Shown one piece after another: positions 1-9,326 of a stretch of DNA of 64,000 bases; position 1 is the first letter of the stretch, and every line of letters starts with the position of its first letter. This stretch comes from Bacteroidales bacterium. Its GTDB lineage: Bacteria; Bacteroidota; Bacteroidia; Bacteroidales; UBA932. The stretch lies in contig JAQVZL010000002.1 in the NCBI GenBank assembly GCA_028708215.1, positions 1,605-65,604 of the forward strand, given 5' to 3'. The position numbers and the translations under genes were made by a program. Below the pieces are notes generated by a model. It saw only the letters and a list, made by a program, of their open reading frames with translations. It ran no database searches and was not told the DNA's origin.

Positions 1-850
1 CCTCTACATTATCTTTAATTTTAGGAAAGTAGAGAACTCCAGTTAATGTAAACGGATAATCTACATTAAGGTGAATATGAAAAAGAGGATCTTCCTGCGC
101 AGGGTAGAGCTTCCTGTAAAACTCCATATACTCCTCTTCTTTAAGATCGGCAGGTTTTTTTGTCCAGAGCGGATTAGGATCATTTATTATATTGTCTTCT
201 TTAGTCTCTACCTCTTTACCATCTTTCCACTCCTTCTTTTTACCAAAAACAATCTCTACTGGTAAAAACTTACAGTATTTATTTAAAAGGTAATTTATCT
301 TAGACTCTTGTGCATACTCTTTAGATTCATCGTCTAGATAAAGAATAACATCTGTTCCAATTTTTTTTCTATCTCCTTTTGTGATTTTATATTCAGGGTC
401 TCCTTCGCAACTCCATTTTACAGGAGTGGCACCCTCTTTCCAAGATAGAGTTTGAATCTCTACTTTTTTAGATACCATAAAAGAGGAGTAAAAGCCGAGT
501 CCAAAATGGCCTATAATGCTGCTTAGTTGGTCTTTGTATTTATCTAAAAACTCACCAGCACTAGAAAAAGCAATTTGATTTATATACTTTTGAACCTCTT
601 CTTCTGTCATACCTATGCCATTATCACTAATTGTGAGAATGCCTTTATTGGGGTCTGAGGTTACTGTAACTTTTAAATCTTTAAGCTCCTTTTTAATCTC
701 ACCAGAGTTAGCTAAGGCTTTAATTTTTTGAGTAGCATCTACTGCGTTTGAAACAAGTTCGCGAAGAAAAATTTCGTGGTCTGAATAGAGAAATTTTTTA
801 ATGATAGGAAAAATATTCTCTGTAGTTACGCCAATGGTTCCTTTTTGCAT
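1..850 (-). CDS. htpG: Molecular chaperone HtpG (Hsp90 family), N-terminal ~283 codons; the 3' part lies beyond the window edge
   Basis: Absent from the ORF track because it is truncated. Reverse complement from ATG (850-848) reads MQKGTIGVTTENIFPIIKKFLYSDHEIFLRELVSNAVDATQKI..., the GHKL ATPase N-terminus. I hand-checked only the two ends of the frame; the left end reads ...DYPFTLTGVLYFPKIKDNVE with no stop down to base 2. The interior was not translated codon by codon. Confidence 0.9.
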   Translation of the reverse strand, partial: MQKGTIGVTTENIFPIIKKFLYSDHEIFLRELVSNAVDATQKIKALANSGEIKKELKDLKVTVTSDPNKGILTISDNGIGMTEEEVQKYINQIAFSSAGEFLDKYKDQLSSIIGHFGLGFYSSFMVSKKVEIQTLSWKEGATPVKWSCEGDPEYKITKGDRKKIGTDVILYLDDESKEYAQESKINYLLNKYCKFLPVEIVFGKKKEWKDGKEVETKEDNIINDPNPLWTKKPADLKEEEYMEFYRKLYPAQEDPLFHIHLNVDYPFTLTGVLYFPKIKDNVE

Positions 851-941
851 AGTTATCTTATTTTTATATTTTAGTCCAAAGAAACTCAAAAGGTGTACCA
901 AAGGGAGATACTGTCATTAAATATGACAAATAGGCAGAGCT

Positions 942-2243
942 CTATTTAGAAACCATTATATCTAATATCATATTATCTGTAGACTGCATTCCAAGAGAAC
1001 CTATCTTACCTAAATTTTGGATGCTTTTTTCAACATCTTTATCTATAATACCATCGTTTTCGTATATACAAATATTTTCCATAGCAAGCATTGCAGACTG
1101 TACTGCAGATGACACACCCGAAGCAACTTTTAGAGCACACCCAACTTTAGCTCCGTCACAGACCATTCCAGTTATGTTTCCAATCATGTTTTTTATTGCA
1201 TAACCCATCTGTTCTATGCTACCTCCTTTAAGATACACAATGCCACAAGCTGCTCCTGTAGAGGCTATAACACAACCACATAATGCAGATAGCTTGCCTA
1301 AATAACCCTTAATATGGATTGCAATTAGATGGCTAAGAACAAGTGCTCTGGCTAAGCTCTCTTGGTTTACTCCCATTTTTTCTGCAAATGCAATAACTGG
1401 AATAGTAACTGTAATACCCTGGTTCCCGCTACCAGAATTACTCATTGCCGGAAGAGTACTGCCTGCCATTCTAGCATCGGAAGCTGCTGCCGTGAGAGCC
1501 ATAGAGTAGGTGAGGAATCCCTCTCCAAATGTCTCAGAATTATTACTATTTTTAATTGTCTTTCCAACTTTTAGCCCATAATCATTCTTGAGGCCCTCTA
1601 GTGCTAGAGCCTTATTTAATGTAACAGAATCTAGAATAAACTCAATATCTGACATAGGAACAGATGTAGCAAATTCATGGATAGTATTCATATCCAATTT
1701 GTAATCTAAAATTCCTTTTGAATTATTACTATTACTCTCTTTACTGTCTCCACCATTTTGGAAGATAATATTACCATTTTCGCTTACAGAAGTTATGTTA
1801 TCGTGATTATCTTCAATTATTGCAGTAGCGGTAGTGTTTTTAGAGAAGCAGGTTGCAGAAACATATAATTTTTTAAGAGAAGATGCTAAATTTACAGCTA
1901 CTTTATTATCTTTAACCATCTGTTTAGCTAGAGAGATAGATTCATTGGTGAGATCTTTTAAAACTTCTAACTTATATTCAGATTTCCCACAACTAACTCC
2001 TAAAGCAGCTGCAATATGTAATCCAACCATACCAGTGCCAGGAACACCAACTCCCATTCCATTCTTTAAAATGTTTGCACTAACTAAGACTTCTATTTTA
2101 TAAACTTCTTCACCCTTAGATTTTATTACCTCGGCTACCTTAGCTACTGCTAAAGCTACTGCTATTGGTTCGGTACATCCAAGTGCAGGTTTTACTTCGT
2201 TTGTTAAAAGTTCAATTAGTTCTAACTCTCTCTCTCTGTTCAT
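942..2243 (-). CDS. UPF0597 / YhaM (CyuA)-like L-cysteine desulfidase family protein
   Basis: 433-aa ORF. N-terminal LGCTEPIAVALA, internal NSGSGNQG and CDGAKVGCALK motifs match what I recall of the UPF0597 (serine-dehydratase-alpha-like) family. Function is assigned by family resemblance only. Confidence 0.65.
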   Translation of the reverse strand: MNRERELELIELLTNEVKPALGCTEPIAVALAVAKVAEVIKSKGEEVYKIEVLVSANILKNGMGVGVPGTGMVGLHIAAALGVSCGKSEYKLEVLKDLTNESISLAKQMVKDNKVAVNLASSLKKLYVSATCFSKNTTATAIIEDNHDNITSVSENGNIIFQNGGDSKESNSNNSKGILDYKLDMNTIHEFATSVPMSDIEFILDSVTLNKALALEGLKNDYGLKVGKTIKNSNNSETFGEGFLTYSMALTAAASDARMAGSTLPAMSNSGSGNQGITVTIPVIAFAEKMGVNQESLARALVLSHLIAIHIKGYLGKLSALCGCVIASTGAACGIVYLKGGSIEQMGYAIKNMIGNITGMVCDGAKVGCALKVASGVSSAVQSAMLAMENICIYENDGIIDKDVEKSIQNLGKIGSLGMQSTDNMILDIMVSK

Positions 2244-2246
2244 TAT

Positions 2247-5200
2247 CTATTTATTTGTAAAAAAGCTTATTATTAATTTTATTAGTTGATCTATTTTAGT
2301 CTCTTGCTTAATTGTCTCTATTGGAAACCCTAATACTACGGTATTATAGTTAGATTTATGTGCTACTGCTGCAGAGATGTTATTATCTGCATATCTCATT
2401 ATGGTCCAAGCATTTTTGCCATAAGGTTCAAGAGCATCGGGAGATTCTGCCGAATAAACTTGTTGGTTTGGTTTAGTGTGAAAATTGTAACTCCCAGAAA
2501 AATTGAATGGACTTTGAGCTGCTTTTACCTCTCCTGTAATACTTGCTTGATTAGTCCTCCACTCATATTTAAGTATCTCTTTAGCAAAATTTTGTACTAG
2601 GGTATCTTTTGTATAACTATCCCAAAGATCTGTAGCAACATTGGCTCCAGAGATTAAAATGTTACCCCCATTCTTAGAGTAGCCAGTTATATAATCTCTT
2701 AATACTTTAGGAAAGGTGTTGAATTTTATTCCAGATGTTCCTCTTCCTATCTTAGTTTGAATTTGTTTCCCTAGAATAAGGTCTAAAATATCAAAGTTAT
2801 AATTGTGAGTAGAGTCTATCTCTAGTGCATCTCTGCTTTTAGAGAAAAAAGAGTAGCCCTCTTTAGCAAATGCTTTCCCATGAATATAGGAGTAGTCAAA
2901 TGTGTTACCTGCTATAACTTTTGTCTCATAGTTTGAGTAAGAAGAACCGAATCCAGGAGAGTCGTCGTCCATCCAGGGGATTTCACGTCTAAACTCATAT
3001 TGGCTGCCTATGTATGAGATATCGTAGAGGTAGGGGACTCCATTATCTACATAGTCAAAGAATCCAGCGTATGAGGTGTCTGCCGAGGCAAAGGAGGCGG
3101 GAGCAGATACTCTATCGAAGCCATTTATTATTAAAACTCGGCCTTTCTCATTAGGAGCTTTATAGAGAGAGAGTATTTCTGAAGGAAAGCTTTCTCCACC
3201 TTGGTTAATAGCTGTAACTTTAAAGCTATATATTATTCCAGGCTCAATCTCTACTTCATAATTGGGGGTCTCTGTAATAACTCCATTGTCAAATCCCTCG
3301 CCATTTATTCTAGTATATACTACATAGTTATTTGCTCTGGCTGTTGGTTCTAAACTATCTATGTTCTCTTTCCACTCAAGGGCAACTCTGTTGTTCTCTA
3401 ATGAGCTTGAGAAAGATTTAACGGGTAGGGGTTGTACTATGTATGGCAATCCAGATTGTTGGCTTAAAAACTTAAGCATCCCTTTATATATGGCGCGGCT
3501 TACGTCAAATTTAAATTGAGGGTCTAGCCCATATCTCATATCTGCAAAGTTCTGGTGAGAGAGAAGCTCAAGAAGCATAGTTGGAACTTCTGGTGTTCTT
3601 GCTTCTGAATATGATTTATCCCAGATTCCTCTTCTTTGCCAAATAGGTTCATACAGAGATTTAATATCATTTACTATCTCTGTTTGAATAATATCTGTAA
3701 GATATCTATTGTGAAAACGGAGTGAGCCACTAGGAAATATATCTGAATCATTGGAATAGCGTGTATAGATTCCTAAAGTACCTATAATAGAGTCGTTAAG
3801 AGTTGTGCCGGCATCGGAGTGAAAGGCAAATGCAAGGTCTATAGGTATATTGTAACCATTTTTTGTTGGGTTTTTAGAGGAGCCACCAATTAATGCATTT
3901 ACCCACTTTCCTCTAGACATATAATCGTCGTTATAGTCATTTGCATTGCTGTTTGGCGTGTATATAGTATCGTTAAAACCAGCCCATTGGAGCCAATATC
4001 TAGCACCTTCTGTAAATCTAGGGTAGTTACTTATAATAGGTGTAGTTTTAAATGGAATAGTAATTTTTTGAGTAGGTTGTGTAGAAGAACTTTTTCTATT
4101 TAATTCAGACCCCTCTTGAGATGGTTCTCTGGCAATATTACCCATTCCTCCTCCAAACTTTACTCCATCTGCAGAGACTATTTCATTTTTTCTACCTGTT
4201 AAATTACTGAGCTCAACTCGGTATTTTCTATTGTTGTCTGCAGAAAAGTGAAATGTACCAAGATAGATCCAGGTTCCTCCTCCCATGTTCTGATTTACAG
4301 TAAAGGTACTCTCTCCCCCAGAGTGAATTACTCTATATTGTGCATTTTCTGTGCTGTTGGGAAATGAGTGGTAAGAGATATAGACGGCGTAATTGCCAGC
4401 TTCTTTTATATTAGGGCTCCAGGTTGCTCTACTCTCTTCCCCTCTTTTTATACTTTCTACAACTCTGGCGCTTCCCATTTTAAATGGATTTTCCCCTGAA
4501 AGATAGAACTCTTTGGGGTTTGCAAACCCTTCTTTATCTGATTTTTTCCACTTTTTGTCTCCTTGAAACTCGGCATAACCTCCATTAAAACTATCGTTAT
4601 CACATATTACCTCTTTCTTTTGAAAATCTCTCTCTCTAGGTAGAAAGACGGTGGCTCCAGCATTTTCTAACATAGGAACCAAAAAAGGAAGTACATAAGA
4701 TTGGGTGTATAGATCTTCTACTGTTTGAAATATACGAGCTCGTTGCCATTCCCAGCGAAGTAGTTTCTGCTCATAATAATAGCCATGACTCTGCCAAATA
4801 GCAAGATGCCTATTGTTGAGCCCTTTATCTATGGTGTATGGTTTAGAGTTATTCTTTACAATATTAGTAGATTCTATTTTGTTGTTACGTCTACTGTTTT
4901 TTGACTTTAAAGAGGTAGGTGCCCAATTAGAGCTATAAATAGGGGGGACTAGCTCTTCTATAGCAGATCCATTTGTAACTACTCTTACTTTATGGTTTAT
5001 ATACTTATTTGGAATGGTTTGATTTACTACTTTATAAATGTAGTTCAAATCACTATCTCTAAAAGGATATTCTGCTAGTGAGTTGTTTAGATAGATCACT
5101 ATATCTTTACTGTAGGCAAATATTGAGTCTACTCTAATTTTTCCACCAACATATGCCTTCGATTGAAAGTATTGCTGTAGTGAGTCTGCTAATGGTTTGA

Positions 5201-5291
5201 AATTATCTATATTTACTCTTTGGCCATACGAAGATGGTATAAAAAAAAGAGAAAAGAGTATTGAGAGAATTATTGATTTAGATTTAATCAT
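2247..5291 (-). CDS. Large secreted protein (1014 aa) with a split MurNAc-L-alanine-amidase-like (Amidase_3-type) core, an Fn3-like segment and a C-terminal domain of unknown function
   Basis: Signal peptide MIKSKSIILSILFSLFFIPSSYGQ. Amidase_3-like Zn/catalytic motifs are spread out: WQSHGYYYE ... AFAFHSDAGT ... LLELLSHQNF. About 300 residues are inserted between the first and second motifs. A beta-rich Fn3-like stretch follows (VALEWKEN...YSFKVTAINQGGES). The CDS itself is certain; the function is tentative. Confidence 0.55.
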   Translation of the reverse strand: MIKSKSIILSILFSLFFIPSSYGQRVNIDNFKPLADSLQQYFQSKAYVGGKIRVDSIFAYSKDIVIYLNNSLAEYPFRDSDLNYIYKVVNQTIPNKYINHKVRVVTNGSAIEELVPPIYSSNWAPTSLKSKNSRRNNKIESTNIVKNNSKPYTIDKGLNNRHLAIWQSHGYYYEQKLLRWEWQRARIFQTVEDLYTQSYVLPFLVPMLENAGATVFLPRERDFQKKEVICDNDSFNGGYAEFQGDKKWKKSDKEGFANPKEFYLSGENPFKMGSARVVESIKRGEESRATWSPNIKEAGNYAVYISYHSFPNSTENAQYRVIHSGGESTFTVNQNMGGGTWIYLGTFHFSADNNRKYRVELSNLTGRKNEIVSADGVKFGGGMGNIAREPSQEGSELNRKSSSTQPTQKITIPFKTTPIISNYPRFTEGARYWLQWAGFNDTIYTPNSNANDYNDDYMSRGKWVNALIGGSSKNPTKNGYNIPIDLAFAFHSDAGTTLNDSIIGTLGIYTRYSNDSDIFPSGSLRFHNRYLTDIIQTEIVNDIKSLYEPIWQRRGIWDKSYSEARTPEVPTMLLELLSHQNFADMRYGLDPQFKFDVSRAIYKGMLKFLSQQSGLPYIVQPLPVKSFSSSLENNRVALEWKENIDSLEPTARANNYVVYTRINGEGFDNGVITETPNYEVEIEPGIIYSFKVTAINQGGESFPSEILSLYKAPNEKGRVLIINGFDRVSAPASFASADTSYAGFFDYVDNGVPYLYDISYIGSQYEFRREIPWMDDDSPGFGSSYSNYETKVIAGNTFDYSYIHGKAFAKEGYSFFSKSRDALEIDSTHNYNFDILDLILGKQIQTKIGRGTSGIKFNTFPKVLRDYITGYSKNGGNILISGANVATDLWDSYTKDTLVQNFAKEILKYEWRTNQASITGEVKAAQSPFNFSGSYNFHTKPNQQVYSAESPDALEPYGKNAWTIMRYADNNISAAVAHKSNYNTVVLGFPIETIKQETKIDQLIKLIISFFTNK

Positions 5292-5318
5292 AATTGTTTA
5301 AAATATCTTTTAAGATTG

Positions 5319-5340
5319 CAAAAATAGTTAATTAAGTTTG
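5319..5340. promoter_or_regulatory. Divergent Bacteroidota-type -7 boxes: CAAAAATA (5319-5326, minus strand, for the 1014-aa gene) and TAAGTTTG (5333-5340, plus strand, for the dcyD-like gene)
   Basis: Both match TAnnTTTG in the appropriate orientation, 28 and 31 nt from the respective start codons. Confidence 0.35.
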
Positions 5341-5370
5341 TATAATTAAACTTCTGTAATAAATATCTTA

Positions 5371-6351
5371 ATGAAAGCAACAAAAGTAAACTTGGCAAAC
5401 TTGCCTACCCCAATTAAAAAAGCTAGATTTTTATCTAAAGAGCTAGGAGTAAATATTTATTTAAAAAGAGACGATCTTACTGGTGCAGAGATTTCTGGAA
5501 ATAAGATTAGAAAGCTAGAGTATGCTTTTAAACTACTAATGGATAGAGGCTATACATCTGTTATAACTACTGGAGGAATACAGTCTAACCACTGTAGAGC
5601 TACAGCTGCCGCTGCAACAATGCTTGGGCTCAAGTCTGTACTACTTTTAAGAGTAAATGAAGAGCCCAAAATTGAGGGGAACTTTTTATTAGATAAGCTC
5701 TTTGGTGCAGAGGTTAGACATTGTACCCCAGAGGAGTATAAAACATCTAGAAATGAGATAATGGCAAATATTGCCAAAGAAAAGAGTGCTAAAGGAGAGA
5801 AATGTTTTGTAATTCCAGAGGGGGCTTCATTTGGAATTGGTTCAATGGGTTATTTTGAGGCTATGGAAGAGATTGTTAATCAAGAAAAAGAGCTTGGAAT
5901 TATGTTTGACACTGTTGTTCTTGCTACTGGCTCTGGAGGCACTTACTCTGGGTTGTATCTGGCTAATAAATATTATAACTTACAGAAAAGAGTGGTGGGG
6001 TTTGCAGTTTGTGATGATTCCAATTACTTTAAAAATCATATTCATAACATTAATAAAGAGGCTTTGCAGTTTCTAGATAAAGAGGTTGAGCTAAGTGTAG
6101 ATGATATTGAAATAAATGATAAATATGTTGGGATAGGATATGCAATTAGTAGAGAAGAGGAGTTAGATTTCATTAAATATGTAGCCTCTAATGAAGCTGT
6201 GGTTTTAGACCCTGTCTATACTGTTAAGGGTATGTATGGCCTTTATAACGAGATTAAAGCTGGGAACTTTAATAAGTCAAAGAATATTCTCTTTATTCAT
6301 ACTGGGGGGTTGTTTGGAGTATTTCCAAAACAAGATCAATTTAAGTTTTAG
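5371..6351 (+). CDS. D-cysteine desulfhydrase / ACC deaminase family PLP-dependent enzyme
   Basis: 326 aa. SGNKIRKLEY PLP-lysine motif, TTGGIQSNHCRA, and C-terminal IHTGG, all typical of the fold-type II DcyD/AcdS family. Confidence 0.8.
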   Translation: MKATKVNLANLPTPIKKARFLSKELGVNIYLKRDDLTGAEISGNKIRKLEYAFKLLMDRGYTSVITTGGIQSNHCRATAAAATMLGLKSVLLLRVNEEPKIEGNFLLDKLFGAEVRHCTPEEYKTSRNEIMANIAKEKSAKGEKCFVIPEGASFGIGSMGYFEAMEEIVNQEKELGIMFDTVVLATGSGGTYSGLYLANKYYNLQKRVVGFAVCDDSNYFKNHIHNINKEALQFLDKEVELSVDDIEINDKYVGIGYAISREEELDFIKYVASNEAVVLDPVYTVKGMYGLYNEIKAGNFNKSKNILFIHTGGLFGVFPKQDQFKF

Positions 6352-6374
6352 TAGTTAAAGCTTTAAGTAGTGTA

Positions 6375-6415
6375 AATAAAAATGACTAGTAGAATCTCTA
6401 CTAGTCATTTTTATT
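6375..6415. terminator. Bidirectional intrinsic terminator between the convergent dcyD-like and pruA genes
   Basis: AAATAAAAATGACTAGTAG-aatct-CTACTAGTCATTTTTATT. The core stem is at least 12 bp perfect (6381-6392 pairs with 6398-6409), flanked by an A-tract and a T-tract. Confidence 0.65.
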
Positions 6416-6432
6416 ATAGATTATAAATATTT

Positions 6433-8061
6433 CTACTCTTTCATATAGCTATAGAAAATATCTGTAGGAGGAATAAAAGTCTCCTTCACTGTTCTAGGAC
6501 TAACCCAACGAATTAGGTTAAATACTCCACCCGCTTTGTCGTTTGTTCCAGAAGCACGTGAGCCTCCAAATGGTTGTTTTCCAACAACTGCTCCAGTAGG
6601 TTTGTCGTTAATATAGAAATTACCAGCTGCATAACGTAGTTTTTCACATATAGCTTCTACTGCAACTCTATCTTTGCCAAACACAGCTCCTGTAAGCCCG
6701 TAAGGAGAGGTAGTGTCACACAACTCTATGGTCTCTTCCAGCTTGTTGTCTGGATATACATATGCGGTAAGAACAGGGCCAAAGATCTCTTCTTGAATAC
6801 TTTTAAATTTAGGATCTGTAGTAACAATAAGAGTAGGCTCTACAAAGTATCCTTTGCTCTCATCTATATTTCCTCCAAAAAGAATAGTAGCATCTTTAGA
6901 CTCTTTGGCGTAATCTATATAAGATTTGATATTATCAAAAGAGGCTTTATCTATAACAGCGTTAACAAAATTGCTATGATCTGTAACATCTCCCATTTTA
7001 GCTGTCTCTTTTATTGCAAGAATCTCTTCTTTAAAGCTAGCCCATAACGATTCTGGGATATAGATTCTAGAAGCAGCAGAGCATTTTTGACCTTGGAATT
7101 CGTAAGCGCCACAGAATGCAGCTGTTGCAACCTCTTTTGTATTAGAAGAAGGATGCACAAAAATAAAGTCTTTTCCACCAGTCTCTCCAACTAATCTAGG
7201 ATATGATTTATAATTAGTTAAATTCTCTGCAACATTTTTCCAGAGAGTATTAAAAGTAGCATTTGAGCCTGTAAAATGAATACCAGCTAAATCTTTAGAG
7301 GCAAGTACATGTTTCCCTATTAATGAGCCTTTTCCTGGTAGGAAGTTAATTACTCCAGCAGGAACACCAGCCTCAATAAATATCTTCATTAGATAGTAAT
7401 TAGAGAGGATTGCTGTTGTAGCAGGTTTCCAAACAGTTGTATTACCCATCATAACTGGTGCTAGACTTAAATTAGCTGCAATTGAGGTAAAGTTAAATGG
7501 GCTAAGAGCAAATACAAATCCTTCTAATGGTCTGTATTCCATTCTATTTAATTGTCCTGGACAAGATGAAGGTTGTGTGTTGTAGATATCAGTAGCAAAA
7601 GCAACATTAAATCTGATAAAATCGGCAGTTTCACATATAGCATCAATTTCTGATTGATATATGTTTTTACTCTGCCCTAGCATTGTAGCTGCGCTAAGAG
7701 TGGCTCTATATTTTGTGGTAATAAGATCTGCTGCTTTGAACATTATTGTTGCTCTTGTAATCCAATTTAGATTTGCCCACTCTTCATGGGCAGCTAGTGA
7801 TGCTGCTATTGCATCTTTAATCTCTTTTTCACCTGCTTTGTGGTAGGTTGCAAGAACATGTTTGTGATTATGAGGCATCACAACATTACCTGTATCTCCA
7901 GTAAATACTTCTTTACCTCCAATTATAAGGGGAATTTCTACCTTTTGGGCAGACTGCTTTTTAAGCTCGGCATCTAAAGCCACTCTCTCTGGGCTCCCTT
8001 TTAGATACTCTTTAACCGGCTCATTTTGAGGAGCCAGGAAGTTGTAAATAGAATTATTCAT
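6433..8061 (-). CDS. pruA: L-glutamate gamma-semialdehyde (1-pyrroline-5-carboxylate) dehydrogenase
   Basis: 542-aa aldehyde dehydrogenase superfamily protein. VGETGGKDF and FEFQGQKCSAASR (catalytic Cys) motifs; length and N-terminus fit stand-alone P5C dehydrogenases. Confidence 0.8.
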   Translation of the reverse strand: MNNSIYNFLAPQNEPVKEYLKGSPERVALDAELKKQSAQKVEIPLIIGGKEVFTGDTGNVVMPHNHKHVLATYHKAGEKEIKDAIAASLAAHEEWANLNWITRATIMFKAADLITTKYRATLSAATMLGQSKNIYQSEIDAICETADFIRFNVAFATDIYNTQPSSCPGQLNRMEYRPLEGFVFALSPFNFTSIAANLSLAPVMMGNTTVWKPATTAILSNYYLMKIFIEAGVPAGVINFLPGKGSLIGKHVLASKDLAGIHFTGSNATFNTLWKNVAENLTNYKSYPRLVGETGGKDFIFVHPSSNTKEVATAAFCGAYEFQGQKCSAASRIYIPESLWASFKEEILAIKETAKMGDVTDHSNFVNAVIDKASFDNIKSYIDYAKESKDATILFGGNIDESKGYFVEPTLIVTTDPKFKSIQEEIFGPVLTAYVYPDNKLEETIELCDTTSPYGLTGAVFGKDRVAVEAICEKLRYAAGNFYINDKPTGAVVGKQPFGGSRASGTNDKAGGVFNLIRWVSPRTVKETFIPPTDIFYSYMKE

Positions 8062-8195
8062 AAATAATTATTTTAATAAAAAATTACACTTTTTACAAAA
8101 ATATACAATTCATTTTAGAAATAAAATTAAAACGTTGGTGCACAATTATAGAAATCATACCCAAATTTACTATCTTTATAAAAAATTATTAAAAT

Positions 8196-9272
8196 ATGAG
8201 TTATAAAAAATTACATAAAGAGGCCTTTGTACTAGACTCTCATTGCGACACTCCCTTAGCTTTAATTAAAGGTTCAGACTTAAGTAAGAGACTACGCAAA
8301 GGACATTTTGATTTTATTAGAATGAAAGAGGGTGGGCTAGATGCTGTGTTTTTTGCAATCTACACCTCTGGTAGTTTAGAACCAGATGCAGCTACAAGAA
8401 GAGCACTACAGTTAATAGCTAGAACTTATGATGCTGTTGAAGCCAATAGTGATAAAGTTGCTTTTGCATTATCTGCCCAGGAGGCTATAGAAAACAAAAA
8501 GAATGGAATTGGCTCTATTTTTATGGGTATGGAAAATGGTTCTCCTATTCAGAAAGACCTTAGTTTATTGAGACTTTTTTATGATATGGGTATTAGATAT
8601 ATGACACTTTCTCATGCAGCAAATAATGAAATTTGTGACTCTTGTGCTCCAAAAGAGAAGAGATGGAATGGTCTTAGCCCTTTTGGTATTGAAGTTGTTA
8701 AAGAGATGAACCGTCTTGGTATGCTCATAGATGTATCTCATATTTCTGACGACTCTTTCTATGACGTTCTAAAATACTCTACAAAACCTGTTGTTGCAAC
8801 TCATTCATGTTGCAGAGCAATAGCAGATCATCCTAGAAATCTTACAGATCAAATGATAAAAGATTTAGCTGCTAAAGATGGAATTATTCAGATTAACTTT
8901 TACCCCCCTTTCCTTAATAGTGACTATGGGGTAGACTTTTGGCCTTTATGTGATGCTTATGATCAAGCAGAAGAGAAGTTTAATAGTAACCCTACAAAAT
9001 ACAGGCAAGAGTTTAGAGAAGCAGAAAAAGCAATGAATGCTTTACCACGCCCATCTTATACAGAGGTGGTAGATCATATAGACCATGTTGTTAAGCTAGT
9101 AGGGGTAAAGCATGTTGGCATTGGTTCAGACTATGATGGAATAGAGGTAACCCCAGAAGGATTAGAGGGTGTAGATAAGTTGCCTTTACTTACTAAGGAG
9201 CTTTTAGAAAGAGGGTACTCCAATGAAGATATAAAGTTAATTTTAGGAGGTAACTTCTTAAGACTACTTTAA
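8196..9272 (+). CDS. Membrane (renal-type) dipeptidase, peptidase family M19
   Basis: 358 aa. DSHCDTP near the N-terminus, DVSHISD, ATHSCCRA and GIGSDYDG motifs typical of M19 Zn dipeptidases. Confidence 0.8.
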   Translation: MSYKKLHKEAFVLDSHCDTPLALIKGSDLSKRLRKGHFDFIRMKEGGLDAVFFAIYTSGSLEPDAATRRALQLIARTYDAVEANSDKVAFALSAQEAIENKKNGIGSIFMGMENGSPIQKDLSLLRLFYDMGIRYMTLSHAANNEICDSCAPKEKRWNGLSPFGIEVVKEMNRLGMLIDVSHISDDSFYDVLKYSTKPVVATHSCCRAIADHPRNLTDQMIKDLAAKDGIIQINFYPPFLNSDYGVDFWPLCDAYDQAEEKFNSNPTKYRQEFREAEKAMNALPRPSYTEVVDHIDHVVKLVGVKHVGIGSDYDGIEVTPEGLEGVDKLPLLTKELLERGYSNEDIKLILGGNFLRLL

Positions 9273-9288
9273 TTTAGATTGATATAAA

Positions 9289-9322
9289 TAAAAAAGGGAG
9301 ATTGTTATAACCTCCCTTTTTT
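9289..9322. terminator. Bidirectional intrinsic terminator between the convergent dipeptidase and serine hydrolase genes
   Basis: AAAAAAGGGAG-attgttataac-CTCCCTTTTTT. GGGAG (9296-9300) pairs with CTCCC (9312-9316), with flanking A and T runs. Confidence 0.55.
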
Positions 9323-9326
9323 CTTA

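Noticed and set aside
912-928. Small palindrome TGTCAT-taaat-ATGACA about 60-80 bp upstream of htpG. Considered as a heat-shock operator or the terminator of the UPF0597 gene.
   Set aside because: The stem is only 6 bp and AT-rich, with no T-tract and no resemblance to CIRCE or other known heat-shock elements. It is indistinguishable from chance.
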